NCBI GenBank assembly: GCA_051955985.1
Contig: JBQCGD010000168.1
Location: 6,777-70,776, forward strand
DNA from: Phycisphaerae bacterium
GTDB taxonomy: Bacteria; Planctomycetota; Phycisphaerae; WQYP01
DNA: 64,000 bases
Reading direction: 5' to 3'
Shown: positions 20,150 to 30,783 of the stretch, one piece after another
How positions within the stretch are numbered: the stretch's first letter is position 1
Layout of the letters: every line of letters starts with the position of its first letter
Position numbers and translations under genes: made by a program
Notes under the pieces: model-generated
What the model was told of the DNA's origin: nothing
Database searches by the model: none
Seen by the model: only the letters and a program-made list of their open reading frames with translations

Positions 20150-20527
20150 ATGAACGTTGAAATCCTTCCGACTCCGCAGCCATTTGAGGTGAAATTGGAA
20201 ATTCAGGACAAGTCTCCGCCGATTCCGTTGTGCCGGTTGGAAGAAATTCCGGTGGGGCTGGGCCGGGCGTTCAGCATTGACGGGCGCTCGATTGCCGTGT
20301 TTAGGACCCGCAAGGGGAAACTTCTGGCCGTCGATAACCGGTGCCCGCACAAGGCGGGGCCGCTGTCGGAAGGAATGCTTTCGGGCGATCAGATTGTGTG
20401 CCCATTGCACGCATTCCGGTTTGACGGGCACACGGGCGAATGCGATGAGCCTGGGCAATGTCCGGTGCAGGCCCACGAGATTTCCGAGCATCACGGCGTT
20501 GTGACCTTGCACATCAGGACGAAATGA
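20150..20527 (+). CDS. nirD: Nitrite reductase small subunit (Rieske-type)
   Basis: CPHKAGPLSEG...CPLHAFRFD Rieske-like motif pair, immediately downstream of nirB. The ORF track starts at 20114; the Met at 20150 is preferred. Confidence 0.8.
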   Translation: MNVEILPTPQPFEVKLEIQDKSPPIPLCRLEEIPVGLGRAFSIDGRSIAVFRTRKGKLLAVDNRCPHKAGPLSEGMLSGDQIVCPLHAFRFDGHTGECDEPGQCPVQAHEISEHHGVVTLHIRTK

Positions 20528-20539
20528 TCGGTCGGAGCT

Positions 20540-23500
20540 ATGCAGTTAAGACTGGCGCAACATTTTAAGAGCACGTGCTCCTACTGCGGCGTGGGGTGCG
20601 GGATTGAAGTCCGCAAAGGCTGCGACGGGGAACTTTCACTCCGGGGGGATCCGCACCACCCGGCGAACCGCGGGGCGCTGTGTGCGAAGGGGCAGTCGCT
20701 TCTGCACACGGTGCGGGCGCGGGACTCGCGGCTGCACTTCCCGGTGATGCGCCAGAGCAAGGGCGCGCCACGGGAGCGGACCCGTTGGGAGGACGCGATC
20801 GGCGCCGTCGCGCGGAAGTTTCAGCAGGTGATCCGGGATCACGGCCCTGATGCGGTTGCGTTCTATATTTCGGGGCAGTGCCTTACGGAGGAATACTACC
20901 TGGTGAACAAGATCGCCAAGGGTTTCTTGAAGACGAACAACATCGACACGAATTCGCGGTTGTGCATGTCATCGGCAGTTGCGGGATACAAGGCGACGCT
21001 GGGGGCGGATGCGCCGCCGGTTACGTACGATGACATTGAGCTGGCTGACACGTTTCTGATCGCGGGGGCGAACCCGGCGTGGTGTCACCCGATCCTGTTC
21101 CAGCGCATCCAGGCGCGGCGGGCGGCGAGCCACGGGGTGAGAATCATCGCGGTGGATCCGCGTCGCACGGCGACGGCGGCTTCGGCCGATCTGCACCTCC
21201 AATTGATTCCCGGAACGGATGTTCCGCTGTTCCTGGGCATCGCGCAGCGACTTGCATCGACGAACGCGATCGATCCGACATTTCTTGCGGACCACACGGA
21301 GGGGGCGGAGGCATTTCTTCAATCGATCGAGCCATGGAACCTCGCCCGGACGGCTGCCGCGACGGGCGTGGATGAAAAGGATATTGCACATGGGGCGGAT
21401 TTGCTGGCGGGGGACCGGAAGTTTCTCTCCATGTGGACGATGGGGCTGAACCAGTCGGCGATGGGCACCGACAAGAACATTGCGTTGATCTCCCTTTCAC
21501 TCATCACCGGGAAGATCGGGAGGCCGGGCTGCGGGCCGTTTTCCCTCACGGGGCAGCCGAATGCGATGGGAGGACGAGAGGTGGGGGGGATGTCGAACCT
21601 TCTTCCGGCACATCGCGCTCTTGCCGATCCGGAGCACCGCGAGGAGGTTGCGCGGTTCTGGGATGTCGATCTGCTTCCCGACAAGCCGGGGCTGACGGCC
21701 GTGGAGCTGTTTGACGCGATCGACCACGGGAAGGTGAAGATTGTCTGGATCATCGCGACGAACCCGGTCGCATCCCTCCCGAACAGCTCGCAGGTTGAAC
21801 GTGCGCTGGCCAAGGCGGAACTGGTGATTGCGCAGGACATTTATCCGAACGAAACGGTGGATTTCGCGGATGTTGTTCTTCCGGCGGCGGGCTGGCTGGA
21901 AAAAACGGGAACGATGACGAGTTCAGATCGGCGCATTTCGCTGCTCGAAAAGGCAGTTGAACCGCCGGGCGAAGCGCTTCCGGACGCCGAAATTCTGCTG
22001 CGATTCGCGCGCGCCATGGGGTGGGGTCGGCACTTCGGCTATACATCGCCGGCCGAGATCTTCACGGAGCACACGCTGCTGACGGCAGGCACGGACATCG
22101 ACATCACCGGGCTTTCGTACGAGGTGCTCCGGGCACACGGGACTGTGCAGTGGCCGGCGCCGATGAGGGCAGAGACATCCGACACGGGGCATGCCGGGAC
22201 GTTCCGCCTGTATACCGACCACATGTTCAGGACGCCGAGCGGGCGTGCGCGGTTGCACGCGATTTCCTTTGAATGCCGGTCGGAAGGCACGTCCCCGCAG
22301 TTTCCGCTGATTGTCACGACCGGCCGAATCCGCGATCAGTGGCACACGATGACGAAGACGGGGCAGGTGAATCGGCTCTCGACGCACATCAAGTCGCCAT
22401 ATTGTGAGATCCATCCCGGTGACGCGGCGGCCCGGAACATCCAGGACGGCGACATGGTCACGGTGCTCAATGAGCGCGGGAAGGTGCGCGTGCGTGCCGT
22501 CGTCTCGGCGGACATTCGGGAAGGGGTACTGTTCCTTCCCATGCACTGGGGGAAGAAGCTGGGCGGCGAAAACGGCCGGGCGAACAATCTCACGTCGCCG
22601 CGGCTGGACCCCGCCTCCAAGGAGCCGGACCTGAAATTCGCCGCCGCGCAGGCGGAAAAATACATCCCCGAGAAGCGTCGCATCGTGATCGTTGGGGCCG
22701 GGGCTGCGGCGCTGGCATTTATTGAAGCGCACCGGAAGTTCAACCCTGCAGATGAAATCCTGCTTCTGGGTGCGGAGGATCTGCCGGTTTACAACCGGGT
22801 TCTCCTTCCGCACTACATTGATGGGAGTGCAACCTGGGACGCCGTCGTCCGGGCCGACCCGGATTCGCTTCTTCCGCACCGGGTTCGCTTTCATCCGAAC
22901 ACCGTGGTCTGCCGGATCGACAAGGAGCTGCGGACCGTTACGGATACGCGCGGGCGCTCTTTTGCGTATGACACGCTCATTCTTGCGACCGGCTCGCGGC
23001 CGGCGGTGCACTATGATGGCCCGATACCGGAGAAGGGCACGTACACGCTGCGCACGAAGCGCGATGCGGACGCAATTCTCAAGGCAGCCTCTGCAGGCAA
23101 GCATGCGGTCATCCAGGGCGGCGGTCTCCTTGGGCTGGAACTGGCGGATGCGCTGCGCACGATCGGGTGCCGCGTGACGATTCTCCAGCGGTCCGACAGG
23201 CTCATGGGCAAGCAGCTCGATGAGACATCGTCCCGCTATCTGGCGGAGGAAGTGCAGAACCGCGGGATCCACCACTTGTTCCACACGGTCCCGACTGAAA
23301 TCCGGGAGGGATCGGTCCGGGTGATGACGATGGACGGCGGAGCGTCAGGCACGACGGAGTCGGTGCTCCCCTCGGATCTGTTTATCTTTGCCACCGGCAT
23401 CGTTCCGAACAAGGAGATCGCCGGAACCGCATACCTGGATTGCGATCGCGGCATTCTCATCAATCAGCATCTTCAAACATCAGATCCCCACATCTTTGCG

Positions 23501-24136
23501 ATCGGCGAATGTGCGGAGCTCGATTCACAGACTTTCGGCACGACCGCGGCGGCGCAGGAGCAGGCGCGTGCGCTTGCCGAATACCTCCGGGGGACTGAGC
23601 ACGCGCCGTATAAGCCGACCGTTTCGGCCAACATCCTGAAGATTCATGGGCTTCAACTGGCTTCCGCCGGTTGCACGGATCCCGATCCCGCAGACCCGGA
23701 GATCGAAACCGTTTTGTTGAATGATCATCGCAAGCGTTATTTCCAGAAGCTTGTTCTTAAGCGGGACCGGCTCATTGGCGCGATTTGCATGGGGGATACG
23801 GCGGAGTTTTCGCGTTACCTGGAATGGATATCGAGCGGCTGGGAACTTGATGAGGATCGCGAGACGCTGCTCCGGCCGTCGGCGGTTGGGCGGCCTGCGC
23901 TTGATGGTCCACTGGTATGTTCCTGCCATCATGTGGGGCGCCACACGATTGAAAAGGCGGCCGGTGGGAAGGATTCCGCTGGAGAAGGCGCGGTGAACGG
24001 CGGCGTTTCCGATGATCTGCCAAGCCATTGCCGGGGGCTGGTCGAGCGTGTGTGCGAGATGACGAAGGCGGGGACCGGGTGCGGGGTGTGCCGGCCGGAA
24101 ATCATGCAGATTGTTCATGCGTTTTCGAGGGGCTGA
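20540..24136 (+). CDS. nasA: Fused assimilatory nitrate reductase: molybdopterin catalytic domain (NasA-like) plus FAD/NAD(P)H oxidoreductase domain (NasB/NirB-N-like) plus C-terminal BFD-like [2Fe-2S]
   Basis: N-terminal 4Fe-4S motif CSYCGVGCG and MGD-binding molybdopterin oxidoreductase core (about 700 aa). From about residue 715, RIVIVGAGAAALAFIE plus a second GGGLLGLELA dinucleotide fold, then CSCHHVGRH...CGVCRP BFD-like cysteines. Single 1198-aa polypeptide. Confidence 0.85.
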   Translation: MQLRLAQHFKSTCSYCGVGCGIEVRKGCDGELSLRGDPHHPANRGALCAKGQSLLHTVRARDSRLHFPVMRQSKGAPRERTRWEDAIGAVARKFQQVIRDHGPDAVAFYISGQCLTEEYYLVNKIAKGFLKTNNIDTNSRLCMSSAVAGYKATLGADAPPVTYDDIELADTFLIAGANPAWCHPILFQRIQARRAASHGVRIIAVDPRRTATAASADLHLQLIPGTDVPLFLGIAQRLASTNAIDPTFLADHTEGAEAFLQSIEPWNLARTAAATGVDEKDIAHGADLLAGDRKFLSMWTMGLNQSAMGTDKNIALISLSLITGKIGRPGCGPFSLTGQPNAMGGREVGGMSNLLPAHRALADPEHREEVARFWDVDLLPDKPGLTAVELFDAIDHGKVKIVWIIATNPVASLPNSSQVERALAKAELVIAQDIYPNETVDFADVVLPAAGWLEKTGTMTSSDRRISLLEKAVEPPGEALPDAEILLRFARAMGWGRHFGYTSPAEIFTEHTLLTAGTDIDITGLSYEVLRAHGTVQWPAPMRAETSDTGHAGTFRLYTDHMFRTPSGRARLHAISFECRSEGTSPQFPLIVTTGRIRDQWHTMTKTGQVNRLSTHIKSPYCEIHPGDAAARNIQDGDMVTVLNERGKVRVRAVVSADIREGVLFLPMHWGKKLGGENGRANNLTSPRLDPASKEPDLKFAAAQAEKYIPEKRRIVIVGAGAAALAFIEAHRKFNPADEILLLGAEDLPVYNRVLLPHYIDGSATWDAVVRADPDSLLPHRVRFHPNTVVCRIDKELRTVTDTRGRSFAYDTLILATGSRPAVHYDGPIPEKGTYTLRTKRDADAILKAASAGKHAVIQGGGLLGLELADALRTIGCRVTILQRSDRLMGKQLDETSSRYLAEEVQNRGIHHLFHTVPTEIREGSVRVMTMDGGASGTTESVLPSDLFIFATGIVPNKEIAGTAYLDCDRGILINQHLQTSDPHIFAIGECAELDSQTFGTTAAAQEQARALAEYLRGTEHAPYKPTVSANILKIHGLQLASAGCTDPDPADPEIETVLLNDHRKRYFQKLVLKRDRLIGAICMGDTAEFSRYLEWISSGWELDEDRETLLRPSAVGRPALDGPLVCSCHHVGRHTIEKAAGGKDSAGEGAVNGGVSDDLPSHCRGLVERVCEMTKAGTGCGVCRPEIMQIVHAFSRG

Positions 24137-24170
24137 AGCGCTTGGTGGGCGCGGGCATTTGAGAAGGGCG

Positions 24171-25304
24171 TTATCCCACGCCGGCCGCTCCGCGGGATCG
24201 GGGCCGCTCCTCTTCACACGCCGCAACGCCGACGCGCACTTGTTCGAGCGCCGCTTCCAGGCGATCGGTCGCATCATCCCACGTGTAACTGGTTGCGGTG
24301 GCGAGGGCCTGGTCGGACATGGATCCCCAGCCCTTGGCCGACATGTGGACGACGCGGAAGATGCCGGCGGCCATTCCTTCGGGGTCTTCCATCGGGACCA
24401 TGATTCCGCCGCCGTAGCCGATCAACTCCGGGGCGGCGCCGGCGGGGGTTGCAATGACGGGCGTTCTGCAGGCCATCGCCTCAAGCACCGGCAGGCCGAA
24501 ACCCTCGATGCGCGAGCCCACCAGCCAGGCATCGCAACTGGCGTAGAGGGTTCGCAGTTCGCGGTCGGGGACGCGGCAGAAATATTCGGTGCCGCGCGGG
24601 AGATTCATTTCCGGCGTGACGGCGCTGGCGCCGAAGGCAATCACTTTGAGGTCTGGAATCTGTTTGCGCGCCAGTTCGATCGCGCGGAGCACCACGTCAG
24701 TTCCCTTGTTGCGCATCGGCGAGTAGACAAATCCGACGGTCGGCGACTTTTGCTTGCCGCGCGGGTCGGCATGGAACACCCGGGTCTCGACGCTGTGCGG
24801 CACGAGCGCGATGGGGTCCTGGCCGAATCGGGACATCAGGAGGTTGGCGACCCACTTGGCCACCACGATCTTGGGCATGGGGAGCCGGCAGACGGCATCC
24901 ACGCGCTCGGTCTGGCCGCCCCAGATCTCGTAATCCTGCATGAAGTGAACCTTGTTGCCCTTGGAAGGCGGGAGGCCCCAGGCCCATTCGGCAGTTTCCC
25001 ACCAGGTGCCGACGATGACATCGGCGTCGGGCACATCTTCGGCGGAGATCGGTCCGGTGTGCGGGAGTTTGAGGCGTTTGACGTTTACATCGTCGAAGTA
25101 GGAGGGGCCTACATCGGGCGTCCGGGGCCATCCGCGTCCGCGCAGGAGGGACAGGACCGATCTTCGGAGCGCTGGACGGCGGTGCCGCGGCTGAACGACC
25201 GTTACCGTGTGCCCGCGCTTTCGCAGTCGGTCCGCATAAAGGGCGAAGACGCGGATGCGTCCCGAAAGGTCGTCCGGCGGCAGCAGTATGGTAATCCGCA
25301 TCAA
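24171..25304 (-). CDS. Glycosyltransferase family 4 (GT-B, retaining)
   Basis: C-terminal EGFGLPVLEAMACRTPVIAT motif, diagnostic of GT4. Confidence 0.8.
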   Translation of the reverse strand: MMRITILLPPDDLSGRIRVFALYADRLRKRGHTVTVVQPRHRRPALRRSVLSLLRGRGWPRTPDVGPSYFDDVNVKRLKLPHTGPISAEDVPDADVIVGTWWETAEWAWGLPPSKGNKVHFMQDYEIWGGQTERVDAVCRLPMPKIVVAKWVANLLMSRFGQDPIALVPHSVETRVFHADPRGKQKSPTVGFVYSPMRNKGTDVVLRAIELARKQIPDLKVIAFGASAVTPEMNLPRGTEYFCRVPDRELRTLYASCDAWLVGSRIEGFGLPVLEAMACRTPVIATPAGAAPELIGYGGGIMVPMEDPEGMAAGIFRVVHMSAKGWGSMSDQALATATSYTWDDATDRLEAALEQVRVGVAACEEERPRSRGAAGVG

Positions 25305-25425
25305 ATCTCTCCAACGCCCTGCAATCCCGCTGCCGGAGCGCGTCCTGCGTCCGAACGCTCGTCACCCCCAGTACGCAGCGCAGCCTGCGGCCGATGCTTT
25401 GCATGGGGGTTTAGCGGCCGCCCCG

Positions 25426-26379
25426 TCACGACCTGGAGTCCTGTGGTCCAACGATGCGCTTGAGGCAGCCGGCCGTGCGGCGCTGCCAGATCAGCCGTGG
25501 ATCGTGCCACAACGACTCCGCCAACTCCGCCAGCGCGGTGGTCCGCTGGCCTTCGCGGACGTGCACGAGGGCGGCGACCTGGAGCCGATCGGCCTTGAAC
25601 TGGCGGATCTGGCGCTCGATCTCGCGCTGTTCGCTGGGGGCGAGCATGGCCTGGATCTGCTCGCGCACTCTCAGCAGTTCGGCGTCCAGTTGCGCCTGGA
25701 TGTCGTTGTCGGAGGTTGCCGCGTGAAGGCCGGCGCGGGCGATGGTTTCATGCACCGGCAGGGGGTGAATGTCGCCGAGAATTCGGAATTTCAGGAACAA
25801 GCTGTAATCGAACGCATAGCGCAGCAACGCATCGAACGCGCCGAATCGGTGGAACAAATGCGTGGACCAGAAGCTGCCCGCCTGGTGAACGGGATTGGTG
25901 CAGAACCAGAGCCAGCGTTCGTCGTCCGTCTGTTCGGCCGGCGGCGGGCAGGTGCTCACGATGTCCTGGATGCCGGGTGCAAAATTGGCGACGTCTCCGA
26001 CGATCCATGAGTCGTCGCGGTCCAACTGCGGCGGAATACCCGCACGCATTTCCTTCCAGGTGTCTGCGACCCCGCGGAGCGCTCCGGGGGCGTAGGAGTT
26101 GCCGGCGTTGACATACGCCAACAACTGGCTGGTGCTCATCGTGCGTGCGAAGCCTTTGTTGAGGGCGTCGGCGGGACCGGCATCGTTCTCCGTTGACCAC
26201 CCGGCGAGGTATCGATCAAAGCGCTTGATCACATCGACGGTTCCATCGCGGCTTCCGCCGTCGATGATTGTGTACTGCAGGTCGGGATAGCCCTGCGACA
26301 GCACGGAGTCGATGGTCGCTTCGATCTGGCGGACCTGGTTCAGGACCGGCGTCACGATGGTTATGCGCGGCAATTTCAT
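25426..26379 (-). CDS. Glycosyltransferase family 2
   Basis: ITIVTPVLNQVRQIEATIDSVLSQGYPDLQYTIIDGGSRDGT has the GT-A fold and DxD context. The Met at MKLPRITIV was chosen; the ORF track extends to 26409. Confidence 0.8.
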   Translation of the reverse strand: MKLPRITIVTPVLNQVRQIEATIDSVLSQGYPDLQYTIIDGGSRDGTVDVIKRFDRYLAGWSTENDAGPADALNKGFARTMSTSQLLAYVNAGNSYAPGALRGVADTWKEMRAGIPPQLDRDDSWIVGDVANFAPGIQDIVSTCPPPAEQTDDERWLWFCTNPVHQAGSFWSTHLFHRFGAFDALLRYAFDYSLFLKFRILGDIHPLPVHETIARAGLHAATSDNDIQAQLDAELLRVREQIQAMLAPSEQREIERQIRQFKADRLQVAALVHVREGQRTTALAELAESLWHDPRLIWQRRTAGCLKRIVGPQDSRS

Positions 26380-26470
26380 GGGCCACCTCGCCGAGATGCG
26401 TTCCTTCAACGAAGGTTACGCCGACCATGGCTGTGAAGATGGGACATCTCGAACTTGCGGCGGTGGGGGT

Positions 26471-27832
26471 TCAGACGCGTTCTGCGAGGGTTGCGACCAC
26501 GTCATTGCCGAGCCGGTAGATGAGGACGGTACGCCGGAACGTCGTGGCCGCGGACCAGATGAGTTGGAGCTGATCGGTATTGACGCCGGAGATGCTTCCG
26601 CGCGTCTTTACTTCGACGGGGCCTGCGGCGCCGGGGGGAAGGTGGCTCAGCGCGGCGGAAACGCGTTCCTGGGTGTAAGGGAGCGTCAGGATAGCGCGAA
26701 AGGGAGTGAGCGCGGGGTGGCGGAGCAGGTGGCTTCCGGTCAGGTATCCGCCATCCACGGTGAGGGGAACGAGGCCGAGGTCGCGGGCCATCACGCCGGC
26801 GATGCCTGCGCGGGTCAGGGCGGGGTCGGCTTCGAAGAGGTAGGTCGAGACGGAGTGGGTCGTAGCGGGGTGTTCGGGGCGGGCGGTGTGCGAGAAGGTG
26901 GCGCCATCGTCGGAGATGAGGGTTGCGGTGCGCGTTTCGGGGGGGAACTGGTGGGCCAATTGGCCGGTCCAGAGGACGGCCTGCACGACGGTGCGGTTGC
27001 GGCCGATGATCTCGAGGTGGCCGGGGGGGAGCGATGCGAAATCGATGGCGGGACTGAGTTTGAGGGCGCCGGTGGGGAATTTCGCAAGGAGGGAGAAAAG
27101 GAGATCGGGGCCGGGGATGAGGTCGTCGAAGGCGGGGCTTCTTTTGCCGGCGGCGCGGCGGGCGGGATCGATGTGGAAGAAGGTGGATGGATGACCGGGG
27201 GAAGATGGCCAAGAGAAGGTGGCCAAGGTGTGCGCGGGGTTGGCCATCTTCTTTGCTCCATATGAAGGGGCATGTGAAGAGGCGGAAACCGGGGTTTTTG
27301 AATCAGAAATGAGGGTTCGGAGGTCCTGGGTACGAATTTCGGCATGGAGCTGCAGGGCATCGAGGTTATAGCGAAGACAGGCGGTGCGGATGGGGGAGAG
27401 GTCCACCGCGGTGAGGGGGGCGACGGGGGCGAGGGCCATGGCGTCGCCACCTATGCCGCTACAGAGGTCGAGAATTTTCTCCGGGTGTAAGGCAGCGAAG
27501 CGGGCGGCTTTGTGGGCGGCGACGCGGGCATCGGTGGCTTGTTCGAGGGCCTCGGGGACGGCCCAGGTGAAGGGGAGCACGGGAAATTTCTGGCGGGCCT
27601 TCTTCTGGAGCTGCCCCAGGGTCAGGGCGGCATGGACGATGTCGGCGGGGTAGTTCTTTCGCAGGGCGGCGATGGCGGAGACGGTGGGGGTTCCATTTTC
27701 CAAAAGGATTGCCGCCACGCGGTCACGCAATTCGCTTCCGCCGGCGGAATGGAGGAATTCGAGGGCTTCCCGAGTGATCGAAGAATCTGCCGGCGAATAG
27801 GAAATAGGGGACATGCTTCGTATATACCCCAT
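26471..27832 (-). CDS. Class I SAM-dependent methyltransferase-like protein (THUMP-like architecture), function unknown
   Basis: The dinucleotide-binding motif ILDLCSGIGGDAMALA (motif I-like) sits in the middle of a 453-aa protein. It is co-directional with the two GT genes. Confidence 0.5.
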   Translation of the reverse strand: MGYIRSMSPISYSPADSSITREALEFLHSAGGSELRDRVAAILLENGTPTVSAIAALRKNYPADIVHAALTLGQLQKKARQKFPVLPFTWAVPEALEQATDARVAAHKAARFAALHPEKILDLCSGIGGDAMALAPVAPLTAVDLSPIRTACLRYNLDALQLHAEIRTQDLRTLISDSKTPVSASSHAPSYGAKKMANPAHTLATFSWPSSPGHPSTFFHIDPARRAAGKRSPAFDDLIPGPDLLFSLLAKFPTGALKLSPAIDFASLPPGHLEIIGRNRTVVQAVLWTGQLAHQFPPETRTATLISDDGATFSHTARPEHPATTHSVSTYLFEADPALTRAGIAGVMARDLGLVPLTVDGGYLTGSHLLRHPALTPFRAILTLPYTQERVSAALSHLPPGAAGPVEVKTRGSISGVNTDQLQLIWSAATTFRRTVLIYRLGNDVVATLAERV

Positions 27833-27862
27833 TCATCCGCAGGGGGGAACCGGTAGCAGCGG

Positions 27863-30139
27863 TCACGCGCGCTGCAGGGCGGGCGGGCTGATTTCGGGGG
27901 TGCTGGTGGCCGGAACCTGTGGGCAAAGAAAGTCGCGGATGGTTCCGAGCAGCTTCTGGGGGTGGAGCGGCTTGGTGAGATATCCGTCCATGCCGGCTTC
28001 GACGCATCGCTCGCGGTCGCCTTTGAGGGCGTTTGCGGTGAGGGCGATGATCGGCAGGGGGGTGGTGCGGCCATGGAGATAGCCGGCTGCTTCGTGGCGG
28101 CGAATGAGGCGCGTTGCATCGAAGCCGTCCATGATGGGCATCTGGCAGTCCATGAGGACGAGGTCGAAGGGTTGCTGGAGCACCATTTGCACAGCCTGGG
28201 CGCCGTCTGCCGCGACTTGGAAGGAATAGCCGCCCTTGGCCAGCAGTTCCGTGGCGACGATCTGGTTCACTTCGTGGTCTTCGACGAGGAGGATGTGGCG
28301 ACGGCCGGGGTGGTTGGACACGGTCGGGTCGGTGGGAGCGGGCTCCGCCGCAGTGGCGGCCAGCAGGCGGGTTTTTCGCGCGATAGCCGCGACGATGGTG
28401 TCGAACAGCTCGGACTGCCGGACGGGGCGGACAATATGGCCGTCGAATCCGCGCTGGGCGAGCTGCTCGAGTTCCACGCGTGCGCTGACGGAAGACAAGA
28501 TCATGAGGGCGGGAGTGCCGGGCTGCGAGGCAGCGCGAATCTCGCGGGCGATCGTTTCTGCATCCATGTCCGGCAGGGCCGCATCCATGATGGCGGCCGT
28601 GAACTGTTTGTTCTGCTGGAGGGCGCTTTGAATGAGATGAAGGGCCTCGGTTCCGGAGGCGGCGGTTGCGGCTTCGAGTCCCCAGCTTTCCAGTTGGTCG
28701 CAAACGACCTGGCGATGGGTGGCATTGGCGTCGATCACGAGCACCTTCAGGCCGCGCGGATCGAGCTGGGTCTCCTCGTGCTGGGCGGTCCCGGTCGGCC
28801 GGCGAAGGCGCGCGCTGAACCAGAAGGTCGAGCCCTTCCTGGGGGAGCTTTCGACGCCGATGTCGCCGCCCATGAGGTGCGACAACTGCCGGGAAATGGC
28901 GAGTCCGAGGCCGGTGCCGCCGTATTTCCGGGTGGTGGACGCATCGACCTGGGAGAAGCTTTTGAAGAGGCGGTCCATTCGTTCGGGGGGGATGCCGATG
29001 CCGGAATCAGTGACGGCAAACCTGGCAGTCATGGTATTGGGGGCGTTCTTGTGGCCGGTGACGCGCACGACGATTTCGCCGGCGTCGGTGAACTTGATGG
29101 CATTGTTCACGAGGTTGATGAGGACCTGTCGGATGCGATCGGGATCGCCGATGGCGGTGCAGCGCGCGGGGGGATCGACGTGGCAGGCGAGGACGAGGCC
29201 CTTCTTCTCGGCGCGCTGGGCGAAGGTCTCGACGACATCCTCGACCAGGATGGCGAGGTCGAATTCGGATTCGGAGAGTTCGAGTTTGCCGGCCTCGATC
29301 TTGGAAAAATCGAGGATGGCGTTGATGAGGGTCAGGAGGGAATCGGCGGAGGTTTTCACCTGGGTGGCGAATCGCCGCTGGCGTTCGTTGAGGTCGGTGG
29401 TCAGGAGGAGGTCGTTGAGGCCGATGACGCCGTTCATGGGGGTGCGGATTTCGTGAGACATCATGGCGAGGAAATCGCTTTTGGCCCGGTTGGCGGCTTC
29501 GGCGGTTTCCTTGGCGGCCTCGAGCTCGGCGGCGCGCCGGGCGATTTCGCGCATTTCCTTGTCGCCGCGGATGCAGGAGGCGATGAGGAAGACATCTTCG
29601 AAAACGACCCAGCCGGCGTGTTCCAGGGAGCGCCAGGGGCTGGCGGCGAGAACGCCGTAGACGGATTCGGGAAGGTAGATGCCGCGCAGGAGATGGTCGG
29701 CGGCGACGACGAGAGTGGCGGGGATCAGGACGCGCCAGTCGCGGTAGAACGCGAGGAAGGCGAGCGAACCAAAGATATGGAAGTGCGTTTCAATTCGGCC
29801 GCCGGTGAGGTGGATCAGGAGCGCGGACCACAAGACCTGGCTGACGGAGATGACGTACCGGGTGGCGGGCAGGCCGGGGCGGAAGAGCGCGAGGCTGATG
29901 GGCAAGATGCTGATTATCCCGCCGAGGAGGATGGCGGCCCAGACGTGGGGGTGGATGTGGCTGGTCATGCCCTCCCAGGTGCGGGGCGAGATCAGAATCG
30001 CCGCGACGATGCCGAAGAGCCATTGCAGAACCATCAGGATGGCAAAGACGCGGTCGGTGCGGCGATAGATAGCCTGGCGGTGGGTGTTGTAAAGCTCGAG
30101 CGCGTGCGTATCGACAGCGTTGGCGGAATCGTGGGTCAT
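27863..30139 (-). CDS. Hybrid sensor histidine kinase with an N-terminal multi-TM sensor domain, HisKA+HATPase_c and two receiver domains
   Basis: Five or six TM helices in the first 220 aa. H-box [16 protein letters not shown] boxes. Two REC domains ([14 protein letters not shown]... and [12 protein letters not shown]...[14 protein letters not shown]). Start chosen at MTHDS, where the ATG overlaps the upstream gene's TGA as ATGA. Confidence 0.85.
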   Translation of the reverse strand: MTHDSANAVDTHALELYNTHRQAIYRRTDRVFAILMVLQWLFGIVAAILISPRTWEGMTSHIHPHVWAAILLGGIISILPISLALFRPGLPATRYVISVSQVLWSALLIHLTGGRIETHFHIFGSLAFLAFYRDWRVLIPATLVVAADHLLRGIYLPESVYGVLAASPWRSLEHAGWVVFEDVFLIASCIRGDKEMREIARRAAELEAAKETAEAANRAKSDFLAMMSHEIRTPMNGVIGLNDLLLTTDLNERQRRFATQVKTSADSLLTLINAILDFSKIEAGKLELSESEFDLAILVEDVVETFAQRAEKKGLVLACHVDPPARCTAIGDPDRIRQVLINLVNNAIKFTDAGEIVVRVTGHKNAPNTMTARFAVTDSGIGIPPERMDRLFKSFSQVDASTTRKYGGTGLGLAISRQLSHLMGGDIGVESSPRKGSTFWFSARLRRPTGTAQHEETQLDPRGLKVLVIDANATHRQVVCDQLESWGLEAATAASGTEALHLIQSALQQNKQFTAAIMDAALPDMDAETIAREIRAASQPGTPALMILSSVSARVELEQLAQRGFDGHIVRPVRQSELFDTIVAAIARKTRLLAATAAEPAPTDPTVSNHPGRRHILLVEDHEVNQIVATELLAKGGYSFQVAADGAQAVQMVLQQPFDLVLMDCQMPIMDGFDATRLIRRHEAAGYLHGRTTPLPIIALTANALKGDRERCVEAGMDGYLTKPLHPQKLLGTIRDFLCPQVPATSTPEISPPALQRA

Positions 30140-30783
30140 TGCCGGCATGCCGGACATCCTTTCGGGGTCGACCCCGTCTCCTGAGAAAACAGAGGGCACC
30201 CATAGACGGGCGTGGTGGCATGGGGTGGCGGCATGTCGGGTGAGGAGTTCAAGACGATCTTTTGAATATCGGACTCGCCGACGTTGTCGCCGCCGTGTCC
30301 GCGTGATTCAGTGATTCCACCGGCGAAGACCAGCCGGCCGTCGGCCGCGTAGAGAAGTGTCTGGCCACTGGTGGCGGCCCCGAACCGTGCGGACTCGCGG
30401 CCGTTGTCGTCCGGGCGGACGGTGACGCCAGGGATTGCCTGTGCGTCGGACCAGAGCTCGCTTCGTTCCCAGCCGGCCGGCGCTTCCGGGGGGCGGATGA
30501 ACAGGACGACGGCCTGCAGCTTGCCATCGCAGTGCGCCATCAGGCGGGCCAGTTCATAGACGCTTGCGCGCGAACAGGGGCACTGGGGGTGAACAAGCAT
30601 GATGAGGGTTGGCAGTCGGGAATCACGCGGAATGGTCGTAGCGGCAGGCCATTGGGGAGGGGCGGACGCAGGGACACCGGGGGCACTGTCGTACTGCCAG
30701 AGTTTTGAAGCCCCGATTCCGAGGGCGGCGATCCATGCACAGGCAAGAACGCCACCGATCACCTTGAAGCCGAAGTGGCGCAT
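30136..30783 (-). CDS. Membrane-anchored TlpA/redoxin-like thioredoxin-fold protein with an atypical C-P-C active-site motif
   Basis: N-terminal [19 protein letters not shown]. beta-alpha-beta start [24 protein letters not shown]. TlpA-like block [17 protein letters not shown]...[14 protein letters not shown]. Only the 215-aa C-terminal part of the 593-aa track ORF looks protein-like; upstream of it is Arg-rich antisense junk. Confidence 0.5.
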   Translation of the reverse strand: MRHFGFKVIGGVLACAWIAALGIGASKLWQYDSAPGVPASAPPQWPAATTIPRDSRLPTLIMLVHPQCPCSRASVYELARLMAHCDGKLQAVVLFIRPPEAPAGWERSELWSDAQAIPGVTVRPDDNGRESARFGAATSGQTLLYAADGRLVFAGGITESRGHGGDNVGESDIQKIVLNSSPDMPPPHATTPVYGCPLFSQETGSTPKGCPACRQ

